Shown here piece after piece: positions 24,536 through 33,796 of a stretch of 64,000 nt of DNA. The notes below the pieces were generated by a model. It saw only the letters and a list, made by a program, of their open reading frames with translations, did no database searches and was not told the DNA's origin. The position numbers and the translations under genes were made by a program. Numbering within the stretch: the first letter of the stretch is position 1; every line of letters starts with the position of its first letter. The DNA comes from Eikenella longinqua (GTDB lineage Bacteria; Pseudomonadota; Gammaproteobacteria; Burkholderiales; Neisseriaceae): NCBI RefSeq assembly GCF_001648355.1, contig NZ_LXSL01000028.1, forward strand, positions 45,123 through 109,122, read 5' to 3'.

Positions 24536-25243
24536 TGACGTAGATTAGCAGCTATGCTAGGCTACGAAAATGCAAATAACCAATTGTAAACTAAGTGGGA
24601 AAATACAAAAGAAACTGCTCGAGTTTTTGTACTCGAAGTTACCGCCCGTGCCGCTGCTGATATTTTGGGCATACAGCCCAACTCTGCTATCCTGTTCTAC
24701 CACAAAATCCGCCAAGTCATCAGCCATCATCTGGCACTGGCGGCCGATGAAATTTTCGCCGGCCCGGTCGAATTGGACGAAAGCTATTTCGGCGGACGCC
24801 GCAAAGGCAGGCGAGGACGTGGTGCGGCAGGCAAGGTAGTGGTATTCGGCATCCTGAAACGGCAGGGACGGGTCTACACTATTGTGGTGGATAATGCCAA
24901 GTCTGAAACATTGATGCCTGTAATAAAAAGGAAAATTATGCCGGACAGCATTGTCTATACCGACAGCCTGAGCAGTTACGACAAGTTGGGCGTGAGTGGT
25001 TTTATCCATCACCGTATTAACCATTCCAAGGAATTTGCAGACCGTCAAAACCACATTAACGGCATTGAGAATTTCTGGAATCAGGCAAAACGTGTCTTAC
25101 GCAAATACAACGGAATCGACCGCAAATCTTTCCTGCTGTTCTTGAAAGAATGCGAATTTCGGTTTAACTTCGGTACACCGTCCCAACAGCTTAAAATCCT
25201 GCGGAGATGGTGTGGAATTTAGGGCTAATCTACGTCAACCCAA
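24536..25243 (+). mobile_element. IS1595-family (IS1016-like) insertion sequence, ~700 bp, transposase frameshifted
   Basis: 13-bp terminal inverted repeats GACGTAGATTAGC / GCTAATCTACGTC. GC far below the flanks. Internal ORFs encode an IS1595-type transposase. Confidence 0.7.
24570..25222 (+). pseudogene. IS1595-family transposase, N-terminal frame (24570-) out of frame with the body (24665-25222)
   Basis: MQITNCKLSGKIQKKLLEF in one frame and ILGIQPNSAILFYHKIRQVI...VYTDSLSSYDKLGVSGFIHHRINHSKEFADRQNHINGIENFWNQAKRVLRKYNGI in another. One frameshift near 24620-24665. Confidence 0.6.
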
Positions 25244-25379
25244 ACGAAATGAAATGCGGTGCGGGCAGCGTTTGCCATGCGGAAGATTAAGCCGCATACC
25301 GCCGCGCGCGCTAAACGGCGGTTTACATTTGCCTGCGCTACAATCCGCGCCCTTTTCTTATGCAAACGGATGAAAGCTT

Positions 25380-26465
25380 ATGTGGTGGGTTTTGCTGCTG
25401 ACGGTGTTGCTGATGCAGCTGTTTACTTGGCTGTTTGGGCGCGGCTTGCTGTGGCTGCTGGAAGGCTACCTGAAAAAGGGCGGCCGGCGTGCGGTGTGGT
25501 TGCTGGTGTTTGGAGGGGGCAATGCGCTGCTGGCTTTGTCGTTGCTGCGCGTGTGGCCGGGCGCGTTCCGGCTCACGGCGCTGTGGATGGTGGTGCTGAA
25601 TTACGGCGCGCTCACCATGCTGGCGGTGTGGCTTTTAGGGCGGCTGTTGCGGCTGAAGTGGGCGCCGGAGCGCACGGCGCGGCTGCGGCGGGTGGCGGCC
25701 GTGTTGTTGTTTGGCGGGCTGTTTGCGCTCTCGCTGTATAACGCCTACACGCCGGTGGTGCGGCATTATTCTGTTAGGATTAACAAGCCTTTGGGCAAGC
25801 CGGTGCGCATCGGGCTGGCCAGCGATTTGCATTTGGGCGTGCTGTTTGGCAGCCGGCAGATCGACGAACTGGTGGCCATCATGCAGCGCGAGCGGGTGGA
25901 CATCATCCTCTTGTCCGGCGATTTGATGGACGACAACACCGTGGCCTACGATGTGGAAAACATGCGCCCGCATTTGCAGCGGCTGCGCGCGGCTTTGGGC
26001 GTGTATGCCACGCTGGGCAACCATGATTTGTTTGGGCATCAGGCGGAAATCGCCGCCGCGCTGCAAGAGGCGGGGATTAGCGTGCTGCACGACAGCGCGG
26101 TGCTGGTGGACAACCGTTTTTGGGTGCTCGGCCGGCCGGACGAGCTGGACAGGCAGCGCGCCGACACCGCCGATTTGCTGGCCAAAATCGACACCGAGCG
26201 CCCCGTGTTCCTGCTCGACCACCGCCCCACTTCCATCGCGCGGCACGAAAAGCTGCCGATCGACGTGCAGGTGTCCGGCCATGTGCACAACGGGCAGATT
26301 TTCCCCGCCAACCTGCTGGTGAAGCTGTTCAACGATTTAGCCTACGGCTACGAGGCGCGCGGGCGCGGGCATTATTTTGTTACCTCGGGCTACGGCTTCT
26401 GGGGCGTGCCGCTGCGGCTGGGCTCGCAATCGGAGGTGGTGGTGATTGATGTGGCGGGGGAGTAG
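25380..26465 (+). CDS. Membrane-anchored metallophosphoesterase (calcineurin-like, YkuE/YaeI-type)
   Basis: 361 aa. N-terminal TM helices, then GDLMDD, GNHD and GHVHNGQ phosphoesterase motifs. A DUS is in the coding sequence (EGYLKK). Confidence 0.8.
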   Translation: MWWVLLLTVLLMQLFTWLFGRGLLWLLEGYLKKGGRRAVWLLVFGGGNALLALSLLRVWPGAFRLTALWMVVLNYGALTMLAVWLLGRLLRLKWAPERTARLRRVAAVLLFGGLFALSLYNAYTPVVRHYSVRINKPLGKPVRIGLASDLHLGVLFGSRQIDELVAIMQRERVDIILLSGDLMDDNTVAYDVENMRPHLQRLRAALGVYATLGNHDLFGHQAEIAAALQEAGISVLHDSAVLVDNRFWVLGRPDELDRQRADTADLLAKIDTERPVFLLDHRPTSIARHEKLPIDVQVSGHVHNGQIFPANLLVKLFNDLAYGYEARGRGHYFVTSGYGFWGVPLRLGSQSEVVVIDVAGE

Positions 26466-26639
26466 GGCTGGGTTGATGATGAAGTGGAGAGGCTACCTGA
26501 AAAAGCTAGGCAGGTTGGGCATTGATGTTTGGTTGATGGTAGGGGAAACGAGGCAAGAGAAATTTTTCAGGTAGCCTTTTGCCGGATAGATGGGCTACCT
26601 GAAAAAAGATGGGTGCGAATTTGGCAGAAATGAGATGCG

Positions 26640-27313
26640 CTAGCCCTGCTGATTAGGAAAGTGCAATAATTTCCGACGCTCCGGATGTACCCAGCTTTCA
26701 AACACACAGGCCCTCCCGCTGTAAAAATCGGGATTGAATAAGTCGATACCGAAATGGCTGCAATAGCGCTCCACCATTTCCGGAGTCAGCCGGTCTTTGA
26801 TGCGCCGGGCTTGGTATTGTTCAAATTCCTCAAATGGGAGGGGGTCACCCCTTCCTTCAAACTCCCAGCGGCTTTCATGATGTGCCGCAATATAACGGTA
26901 GGGAAATTGATTGTGCCAGCCTGTCCCTGTTGCAGAAAGCACTTTTTCTGGCCGTGTACCATCTTTATAAAGAAACTGTGTTGAACCTGGTTTGATTTTA
27001 GGAATATTCCGCACCAAGGTTACGGCTATTTCGCGCACTCCTAATTTCTCACATAAATAAGGAGGATCCGAATTAAGACAGGTGCCATGCATACTATTAT
27101 TAACATAAACGCACCAATTAGACTTGGTTTCGGAAACCATCACTTTGGAACGGTTGAGCGGCAGCAGGCTATTCAATCGCTGCTCCCATGTGCCACCGAT
27201 GTCGATTTTTCTAGTGGGAATAGGATATTCACTAATCACATCCCGATTACGCTCCCATTGCACGATAAAATCGACCAGCTCGTCATAGGGGATGTTAAAA
27301 AAAAGCCATAAAA
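26640..27313 (-). pseudogene. Putative DNA N6-adenine/N4-cytosine methyltransferase (DPPY motif) lacking its N-terminus, which is separated by an IS insertion
   Basis: NSDPPYL catalytic motif IV. Reduced GC. The reading frame continues upstream to the IS boundary at about 27313 (..SQILWLFFNIPYDELVDFIVQWERNRD..). A candidate original start MARCTTPSTEPFFG sits on the far side of the IS at about 28010-28040. Confidence 0.45.
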
Positions 27314-27992
27314 TTTGAGACTAATAGACAAAAGGGATGATTTTTCATCCCTTTTGTCCTTTCTTGACTCTGAAGAAATTATCTATAAACAATTTCTTAG
27401 TCTGCACACCCATCCCCGCATGACAGCGGATTTTGACCTTCAATTCACCAAATCGCCCTTCCAACATATTGGTGGTGTTCGGCATCATCCATTCCCGGTT
27501 CCGTTCAAAAGTAAACAGGTATGGCAGGCCGCTGTTCAGGCTGTGATATGCACGCCTCAGGTGTTTGTGGGTAACCACCATCGTGCCCCCCCTTCCTCTT
27601 CCCCATAGCTCTTCTCGTTCAGGTAGTCGCGGTATCGGCTGTACCATTGTTGCAATTGTCGGGTGAAGTCTGCCTGGGATACAGGCGGAGCGACTTGCCG
27701 GATATGGCGTTGGATGGTTTTGGCGCTGCATTGGTAACGGACGGCCAATTGTGCGAGCGTTTGCTTGCCGTGGATGTACTCTTGCAACAGTTGGCTGGGA
27801 GAAGGGAGTTTGGAGACGGGCAGGTACTTTTGGCAGGCGGAACATTTATATCTTTGCCGGCCGTTTTTACAGCCGTTCTTAACGAGGGTACTTTTATGGC
27901 AAAAAGGGCATTTTTAACGAACATTGGCAAAAAATCGCTGAAAGCCATGTATGGTAAGGCTTCCAGCGATTTTTATCATCCCATTTGTCCTT
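27314..27992 (-). mobile_element. IS1-family insertion sequence (~680 bp), degenerate
   Basis: InsA-like zinc finger CPFCHKSTLVKNGCKNGRQRYKCSACQ (compare IS1 InsA CPSC..VRNGKS..QRYLCSHC), HTH, then an InsB-like ORF in the -1 frame reached through a G8 run. The ATG is out of frame with the finger through a T5 tract. Imperfect terminal inverted repeats near GGACAAA(T/A)GGGATGAT. Confidence 0.55.
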
Positions 27993-28076
27993 TAGTCCGA
28001 AAAATGGTTCCGTGCTGGGTGTAGTGCAACGAGCCATTCGCTTTGTTCCCGTTGTTTGATTGTGTTCCCGTCAAGC

Positions 28077-28125
28077 CAAAAGGCTACCTGAAAAACATGT
28101 CGTTGTTTTTCAGGTAGCCTTGGCA
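28077..28125. terminator. DUS inverted pair hairpin
   Basis: AAGGCTACCTGAAAAACATGTCGTTGTTTTTCAGGTAGCCTT. Confidence 0.55.
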
Positions 28126-28199
28126 ATGGGCTTTATGAACGGGGTTGCCTGGTTTATTCAGGCGCAATGCTTCGCGCAAGGGGCCGTCGTGCAGCCAAA

Positions 28200-28565
28200 T
28201 CATGGCGCACAGGCCGTAGAGGCAGGCGGAGGCGGGGCGTTGCCGCTGCGCATCATGGCGAGGGCGGCCAGGTCTTGCCATGACCAATAAAGCCAGTAGA
28301 TGCCGTCCACGGAAAACCACATGCCGAACAGGGCGAGCGGCAGCCATTTCCAGCGGCGGTGGGCGAGGGTACGCGAGGTGATGGGAGCAAACAGATAGGT
28401 GCTGAAGGCCATCAGGAAGCTGATGGGGATGTCCCAATCGGGAGCGGGCTGGAGGTAGGAGCCGGCGATGAGGATGGCGATGCCGCAGGCTAGGGTAAAG
28501 AGTTTCCAGGGGCGGAGGTAGTCGTGCAGGGAGATAAGAGGTATGGCGGGTTTCGGGTTGGGCAT
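28200..28565 (-). CDS. Hypothetical small membrane protein
   Basis: 121 aa, two or three hydrophobic helices, Trp-rich. No family recognised. Confidence 0.4.
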   Translation of the reverse strand: MPNPKPAIPLISLHDYLRPWKLFTLACGIAILIAGSYLQPAPDWDIPISFLMAFSTYLFAPITSRTLAHRRWKWLPLALFGMWFSVDGIYWLYWSWQDLAALAMMRSGNAPPPPASTACAP

Positions 28566-28574
28566 ATTGGGTAT

Positions 28575-28705
28575 TTGGACTGTGTTGAAGCTGCGTTTTT
28601 AGCTTTGCAGAAACTCAGCCTTGCTGCGCAAGACATCGTTTTAGCTTCGCATTAGCTTCGCAGAAACTCGTCTTCCTTCGGAAGCCTCGTTTTCAGGTAG
28701 CCTGA
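28575..28705. repeat. Composite small-repeat element ending in a DUS
   Basis: GTTGAAGCTGCGTTTTTAGCTTTGCAGAAACTCAGCCTTGCTGCGCAAGACATCGTTTTAGCTTCGC...CGTTTTCAGGTAGCC. Confidence 0.6.
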
Positions 28706-28707
28706 AG

Positions 28708-29379
28708 TCAGCCGGCTATGTTGTGCCACAGCTGCCACGCTGCCCACAGGCTCACGGAAAGCCCGGCGGCCAAACGGAAACGGCGGTGTTGCAGCAGCGG
28801 CTTGAGCTGTTGGGCAAACAGCCCCATCGCCAAGAGGTTGGGCAGGGTGCCCAGGCCGAAGGCGAGCATCATCAGTGCGCCGTCGGCGGCGCGGCCGCTG
28901 CCCAGCGCATACAACGAGGCGCTATACACCATGCCGCAGGGCAGCCAGCCCCACAACACGCCCACGCCGAAGCAGGCGGGCGTGTTTTTAATCGGCAGCA
29001 GGCGGTTGAGCAGCGGGTTGAGCCGCCGCCAGATGGGGCGGCCGAGTTTTTCCACTTGCGCGGCGTAGGCGTTGAGCCCGGCCAGATAGAGGCCGATAAA
29101 CAGCAGCAACAGGTTGGCGGCGAGGGCGAGGCCATGTTGCAGCAGGCGGGTGTGGTCGAGCGAGATGCCGAGCTGCCCGAGGCCGCCCAGCATCAGGCCG
29201 ATGAAGGTGTAGCTGGTGATGCGGCCGAGGTTCATCAGCACAATCAGTTTCGTGCGCCCCACCTGCGGCGGCAGTTGCAGGGCGAAGGCGGTGCTCAGCC
29301 CGCCGCACATGCCGGCGCAATGGCCGCCGCCGAGAAAGCCGGTGGCGGCGAGGGAGAGTAGGGTGAGGGTGGAAACCAT
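28708..29379 (-). CDS. COG2836-type polytopic membrane protein (HCxxMCGG motif; variously annotated sulfite exporter TauE/SafE or DsbD_2-like)
   Basis: 223 aa, six TM helices, N-terminal GGGHCAGMCGG and a second WLPCG motif. Confidence 0.65.
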   Translation of the reverse strand: MVSTLTLLSLAATGFLGGGHCAGMCGGLSTAFALQLPPQVGRTKLIVLMNLGRITSYTFIGLMLGGLGQLGISLDHTRLLQHGLALAANLLLLFIGLYLAGLNAYAAQVEKLGRPIWRRLNPLLNRLLPIKNTPACFGVGVLWGWLPCGMVYSASLYALGSGRAADGALMMLAFGLGTLPNLLAMGLFAQQLKPLLQHRRFRLAAGLSVSLWAAWQLWHNIAG

Positions 29380-29606
29380 TTTTCAGGTAGCCTTTGGCGG
29401 GGGTGAGCGGAATAGGTGTCGGATTACATCCATTTTGGGTACAAGACCGCAGCGGGAATGAAGTTAATCCGCTGTGGGCTACCTGAAAATAGGTTTGCCA
29501 TGTCAGGCAGCCCGGATGAACGGCATGGGGCGCTTGGCAATACAGGCTACCTGAAAAAGGTTGCCTGATTTTTCAGGTAGCCTGTTGGTTGGGTAAGCTT
29601 GAAGAA

Positions 29607-30242
29607 TCAGGCTTTTTGCTTGGTGCCGAAAATTTTGTCGCCGGCATCGCCCAGGCCGGGGATGATGTAGCCGTTTTCGTTCAGGTGGCTGTCAAGTGCG
29701 GCGCTGTAGATTTTCACGTCGGGGTGTTTTTCGTTCACCAGCTTCACGCCTTCGGGCGCGGCCACAAGCACCAGGGCGGTGATGTTGCGGCAGCCTTTTT
29801 TCTTCAGCAGATCGATGGTGGCCACCATGGAGCCGCCGGTGGCGAGCATGGGGTCGAGGATCATGGCGGGGCGTTTGTCCATCTTGCTCACCAGTTTTTC
29901 GAAGTAGGAAACGGGCTGCAAGGTTTCTTCGTCGCGCTGGAGGCCGACCACGCTGATTTTGGCGGTGGGCAAAAGGTCGAGCACGCCGTCGAGCATGCCC
30001 AGGCCGGCACGCAAAATCGGCACCACGGTTACGGTTTTGCCCTTAATCTGCTGCCCTTCGATGCGGCCGCACCAGCCTTCGATGGCCAAGGGCTCGGTTT
30101 CCAGATGGCGGCTGGCTTCGTAGGCCATCAGGCGGGCGAGCTCTTTCACCAGGGTGCGGAATTGGTAGGTGTTGCAGCTGGTTTTGCGCATCAGCGTGAT
30201 TTTGTGCTTAATCAGCGGATGGTCGATAACGGTGATGTTCAT
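29607..30242 (-). CDS. upp: Uracil phosphoribosyltransferase
   Basis: Start at [16 protein letters not shown].. (211 aa). PRPP-binding [12 protein letters not shown]. Confidence 0.9.
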   Translation of the reverse strand: MNITVIDHPLIKHKITLMRKTSCNTYQFRTLVKELARLMAYEASRHLETEPLAIEGWCGRIEGQQIKGKTVTVVPILRAGLGMLDGVLDLLPTAKISVVGLQRDEETLQPVSYFEKLVSKMDKRPAMILDPMLATGGSMVATIDLLKKKGCRNITALVLVAAPEGVKLVNEKHPDVKIYSAALDSHLNENGYIIPGLGDAGDKIFGTKQKA

Positions 30243-30507
30243 TTTGTCTCCTTTGGGTTGGTTTGGCGGGGCGTATTGTAGCGCAAGGGCCGGGGCGGAA
30301 AAAGCGGCCTTGCGCGGGGCGGATTGTTTGCCGGCGCTTTTTTGCCTACAATCCGCCTGCCGCAGATTAAATGCCGAAACAGCGGTGTTATCTCGCAAAG
30401 ATAAACCTGTGCGGGCGGCGTGCCGATTCCGTATGCAGTTTTGCCTTTATGATGCGCGCTTGGTTTGGCTCAGGCGCTTTCAAGCGGCTGTGCCCACACC
30501 AAAACCC

Positions 30508-30583
30508 TTTGAATTAGCTCATTCGGTAGAGCATAAGACTGTAAATCTTAGTGTAGCGGGTTCGATTCCCGCATTCAAAACCA
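30508..30583 (+). tRNA. Atypical tRNA: perfect class-I cloverleaf, anticodon GUA (Tyr-type), 6 of 7 A-T pairs in the acceptor stem, encoded CCA
   Basis: TTTGAAT-TA-GCTC-ATTCGGTA-GAGC-A-TAAGA-CTGTAAA-TCTTA-GTGTA-GCGGG-TTCGATT-CCCGC-ATTCAAA-A-CCA. All invariant positions present (U8, A14, G18G19, U33, T54-C56, A58). Confidence 0.6.
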
Positions 30584-30589
30584 ATGGTT

Positions 30590-30630
30590 TAAGAGAGCAA
30601 TCTCGAGGGGGTTCGAGTCCCCCCCCTTTG
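30590..30630 (+). other. tRNA 3'-half-like fragment (T-arm GGGGG-TTCGAGT-CCCCC plus acceptor-like tail), no 5' half
   Basis: GGTTTAAGAGAGCAATCTCGAGGGGGTTCGAGTCCCCCCCCTTTG. It resembles the segment of a tRNA duplicated at integrase att sites. Confidence 0.35.
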
Positions 30631-31027
30631 TTATGGGAACAAAGTAGTATCTGGCAGTATCAGGCAGTACCCGCAATTTGCGTCGCCCGCCTTTTGCCTT
30701 GCGCCGCGCTGTGCCGTTTGGCAACAACGCGCAGGGCAAACCGGCCTCTTGGCCGCAGGCACGGCTGAAGCGGCAGCGGGCAAGCCCGTTTCCCCCGCAG
30801 AACGGTTTAGGCAGGATGTGAAACCTATGCGGGCGGGCGGCTGGCAGAACATCGCCGCCGCCCCAGGCAACCGGCTTGCTCCCCGCCGCCCACACGCTGC
30901 CTGCCGCCAATCAGGCCGGCACGGCGGCGGCGCAGATTGCTCCATTTCTATTTTCAGGTAGCCTCACTATGTTTCTAAAGGCTACCTGAAAACTCAAGCT
31001 TGCAAATTTTCAAACACGGAAAACATC

Positions 31028-32593
31028 ATGTTCTTCAGCAAACTCAAGCTCCTTCCCAACGAACGCGCCATCATTGTGTTCGACGGCAGCCTGCACGGCA
31101 TCCGCGGCAGCGGCAAGCATACCGTGTGGCACCTTGGCAAAAAATGCGAAACCATCGTAAACAAACTGGACAGCCTGGCCGTGCAATGGAACGGTGCGGC
31201 GGCCTGCCTGCGCTTCCAACGCGAAAAAGCCGAGCAATTCTGGCAAATCATCGATAGCCCCGTGGGCACCGACACGCTGGTGTAGCACGACCGCTATCTC
31301 ACGCCGCAAATCATCCCCAGCGGTGAGAGCCGCGCCTTTTGGAAGCCGGAAAGCGGCGAAATCCACACCTGCCCCTTGCCACAAGAGGCCTTCAGGCTAC
31401 CTGAAAACGTGGAAGCCGCCCTGTTGCAGCAGCCGAAATTGCAGGCGCCGCTGAAAAAATACACCGTGAGCGCCGACGAAAAAATGCTGGTGACGGTGCG
31501 CGGCGAATTGCAGGCCGTGTTTGGCACGGGCGAATATGTGCTGCACCTGCCGGCGGGAAACGACATAAAGGCATTGTTTGCCAACAGCCGGCAGCCCGTG
31601 TTCGACGATACCGCCGCAGTACAGGTGTGGGCGAAAACCCAGCCCGCGTTGGTGGCCGAGCATTTCGAATGCGTAGAAGCCGGGGCAGACGAGCTGAAAC
31701 TGTATTTCGTGGGCGGCAAGCTGGCAGGCTACATCGCGCCCGACACCCGCACCTATTTCTGGAAGCAGGCCGCCGCGCCGTATGCCATCCAAACCGTTGA
31801 TTTGAAAAACAGCCTGCGGATTGATGCCGATATGCAGGCCAAGCTCAAAGCCGCCGATTTCTGGCGCAGCAGCCTGGCCGATATCGTATATTTCTTCCAA
31901 GTGCCCGCCCAGCACCAGGGCCTGCTGTATATCAATCAGGAGCTGCAGCCCGTGCTGCCCGCCGGTGAGTATTACTATTGGTCGGCCAACCGCGAGCTGC
32001 AAGCCGAAATCATCGACCTGCGCCCGCAAACCTGCGAAATTTTCGGCCAGGAGCTGCTGAGCGAAGACAAAGTTACCCTGCGCGTGAACGCCGTGTGCAA
32101 CTACCGCATCACCGACGCGCCGCTGTGGCTGGCCCAGCACCGCGAGCCGGAGCAATACCTCTACCGTGAGCTGCAATTCGCCATCCGCGCCGTGGTGGGC
32201 GGCAAAACGATGGACCAGCTCCTGGCCGACAAGCAGGCCATCGACGCCGAGCTTTCCGCCGCCATGCGTGCCAAACACCTGCGCGGCATCGAAATCAGCG
32301 ATGCGGGCGTGAAAGACATCATCCTGCCCGGCGAAATCCGCAGCATCCTCACCCGCGTGGTGGAAGCCGAAAAATCCGCGCTGGCCAACAACATCCGCCG
32401 CCGCGAAGAAACCGCGTCCACCCGCTCGCTGCTCAACACCTCGCGCGTGATGGAGGAAAACCCGGTGGCCCTGCGCCTGAAAGAGCTGGAAACGCTGGAG
32501 AAGGTAACCGAGAAAATCGACAAGATTTCCGTGTACGGCGGCTTGGACGGCGTGCTCAACGGGCTAATCAACATCAACACGCCGAAACCGTAG
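31028..32593 (+). pseudogene. SPFH/band-7 (stomatin-prohibitin-like) domain protein, ~520 aa, interrupted by one in-frame TAG at 31283-31285
   Basis: Track ORFs 31028-31285 and 31376-32593 share a frame and are separated only by TAG. The reading continues ...TDTLV*HDRYLTPQIIPSGESRAFWKPESGEIHTCPLPQEAFRLPENVE.... The C-terminal 200 aa form an SPFH domain with a coiled coil. Confidence 0.6.
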
Positions 32594-32695
32594 GGCAGAC
32601 TTTCGCGGCGCGCAAACCGTGCCGATTGTGCCGAAACATTTTTCAGGTAGCCTCCGAGCGATAGGGGCTACCTGAAAAATTTTGGCGGCGAGAAA

Positions 32696-32832
32696 ACATC
32701 GTTTTAGCTTCGCAGAAACTCCGCTTCCTTCGGAAACTTTGTTTTAGCTTCGCAGAAACTCCGCTTCCTTCGGAAACTTTGTTTTAGCTTCGCAGAAACT
32801 CTGCCTTGCTGCGCAAGACATCGTTTTCAGGT
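32696..32832. repeat. Tandem array (2.7 copies) of a 40-bp unit GTTTTAGCTTCGCAGAAACTCCGCTTCCTTCGGAAACTTT ending in a DUS
   Basis: Two identical units plus a third variant (..CTCTGCCTTGCTGCGCAAGACATCG). No unique spacers. Confidence 0.8.
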
Positions 32833-32891
32833 AGCCTCCCCGCCGCAGAATTCCTATAATACCGCTCCCACACCACCGCAAAGGAATAATC

Positions 32892-33092
32892 ATGACCGAA
32901 GCCGAATTCTCCGCCTGGAGCATGAAAATCGGCCTCAGCGTGCTGATTGTGTTTATCGGTTTTATCATTTGGGATTTGGGCAAAAAGTCCGGCGCCAGCA
33001 AGTTTGGCATGGCCGTGCTGTTTTTCGTGCTCGGGCTGGGCGTGATGGGCTTTTTGCTGAAAGAAGTGCTGGTAAACCTGGTGCTGAATTAA
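32892..33092 (+). CDS. DUF2788-like small membrane protein
   Basis: 66 aa, two TM helices. MTEAEFSAWSMKIGLSVLIVFIGFIIWDLGKK resembles the DUF2788 family. Confidence 0.55.
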   Translation: MTEAEFSAWSMKIGLSVLIVFIGFIIWDLGKKSGASKFGMAVLFFVLGLGVMGFLLKEVLVNLVLN

Positions 33093-33223
33093 GGCCGCTT
33101 CGGGCTACCTGAAAGCCGATTGCCAGAAACTATAAGCACTATTGCCGCGCCGCCCTTGTTATTTTGCCGCAAAACCCTTATCTTGCCCGCCATCTGCCAA
33201 TCCCTATCTGAAAAGGAAAAAAC

Positions 33224-33550
33224 ATGAGCAATTTGATTATCCATTCTTCCGACGCCGCTTTCGAACAAGACGTGCTGAAGTCCGACCTGCCCGTATTGCT
33301 GGATTTTTGGGCGCCCTGGTGCGGCCCCTGCAAAATGATCGCCCCGATTTTGGACGACATCGCCGAAGAGCTGCAAGGCAAGCTGAAAGTGGTGAAAATC
33401 AACATCGACGACAACGAGCAAACCCCCGCCCAATTCGGCGTGCGCGGTATCCCCACGCTGATGGTGTTCAACAACGGCCAGCGCGTGGCCACCAAAGTGG
33501 GCGCCCTGAGCAAAGGCCAGCTTGTTGATTTCCTGAACGCTTCCCTGTAA
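33224..33550 (+). CDS. trxA: Thioredoxin
   Basis: 108 aa, WCGPC active site. Confidence 0.95.
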   Translation: MSNLIIHSSDAAFEQDVLKSDLPVLLDFWAPWCGPCKMIAPILDDIAEELQGKLKVVKINIDDNEQTPAQFGVRGIPTLMVFNNGQRVATKVGALSKGQLVDFLNASL

Positions 33551-33796
33551 GCCGCCATACTCTGCCACCGCTGCTTTGCCGGCGGTGGCTTTCCTTGACA
33601 AGCCGCCGGCAAAATCCTAGAATGCCGCCCGTTTTATCGCCCGGTTTTCTGCGGGCAACCCGTTTCTCAGGCGCACTGCCACACCGTTCTTAAAGTTTCC
33701 ATCCCGTTTCCACACACAATCTTTCCGTTCCCCATGATCTGAACCGCCGTTCACATCATCCCCGTTTCATATTTTTATTTAACAGCACAACACCCT

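Noticed and set aside
30508-30583. tRNA as amber suppressor explaining the in-frame TAG at 31283
   Set aside because: The anticodon is GUA, not CUA. It would read Tyr codons, not UAG. The TAG is more simply a nonsense mutation or an error.
30575-30961. ORFs of 70-111 aa in the GC-rich stretch after the tRNA
   Set aside because: They are low-complexity Arg/Ala/Pro-rich with no start context. The region is treated as non-coding or a decayed remnant.
32696-32832. Possible CRISPR array (repeat starts GTTTTAG like some type II repeats)
   Set aside because: The units are directly tandem with no unique spacers. Only 2.7 copies. Same sequence as the dispersed small-repeat family. No cas genes nearby.
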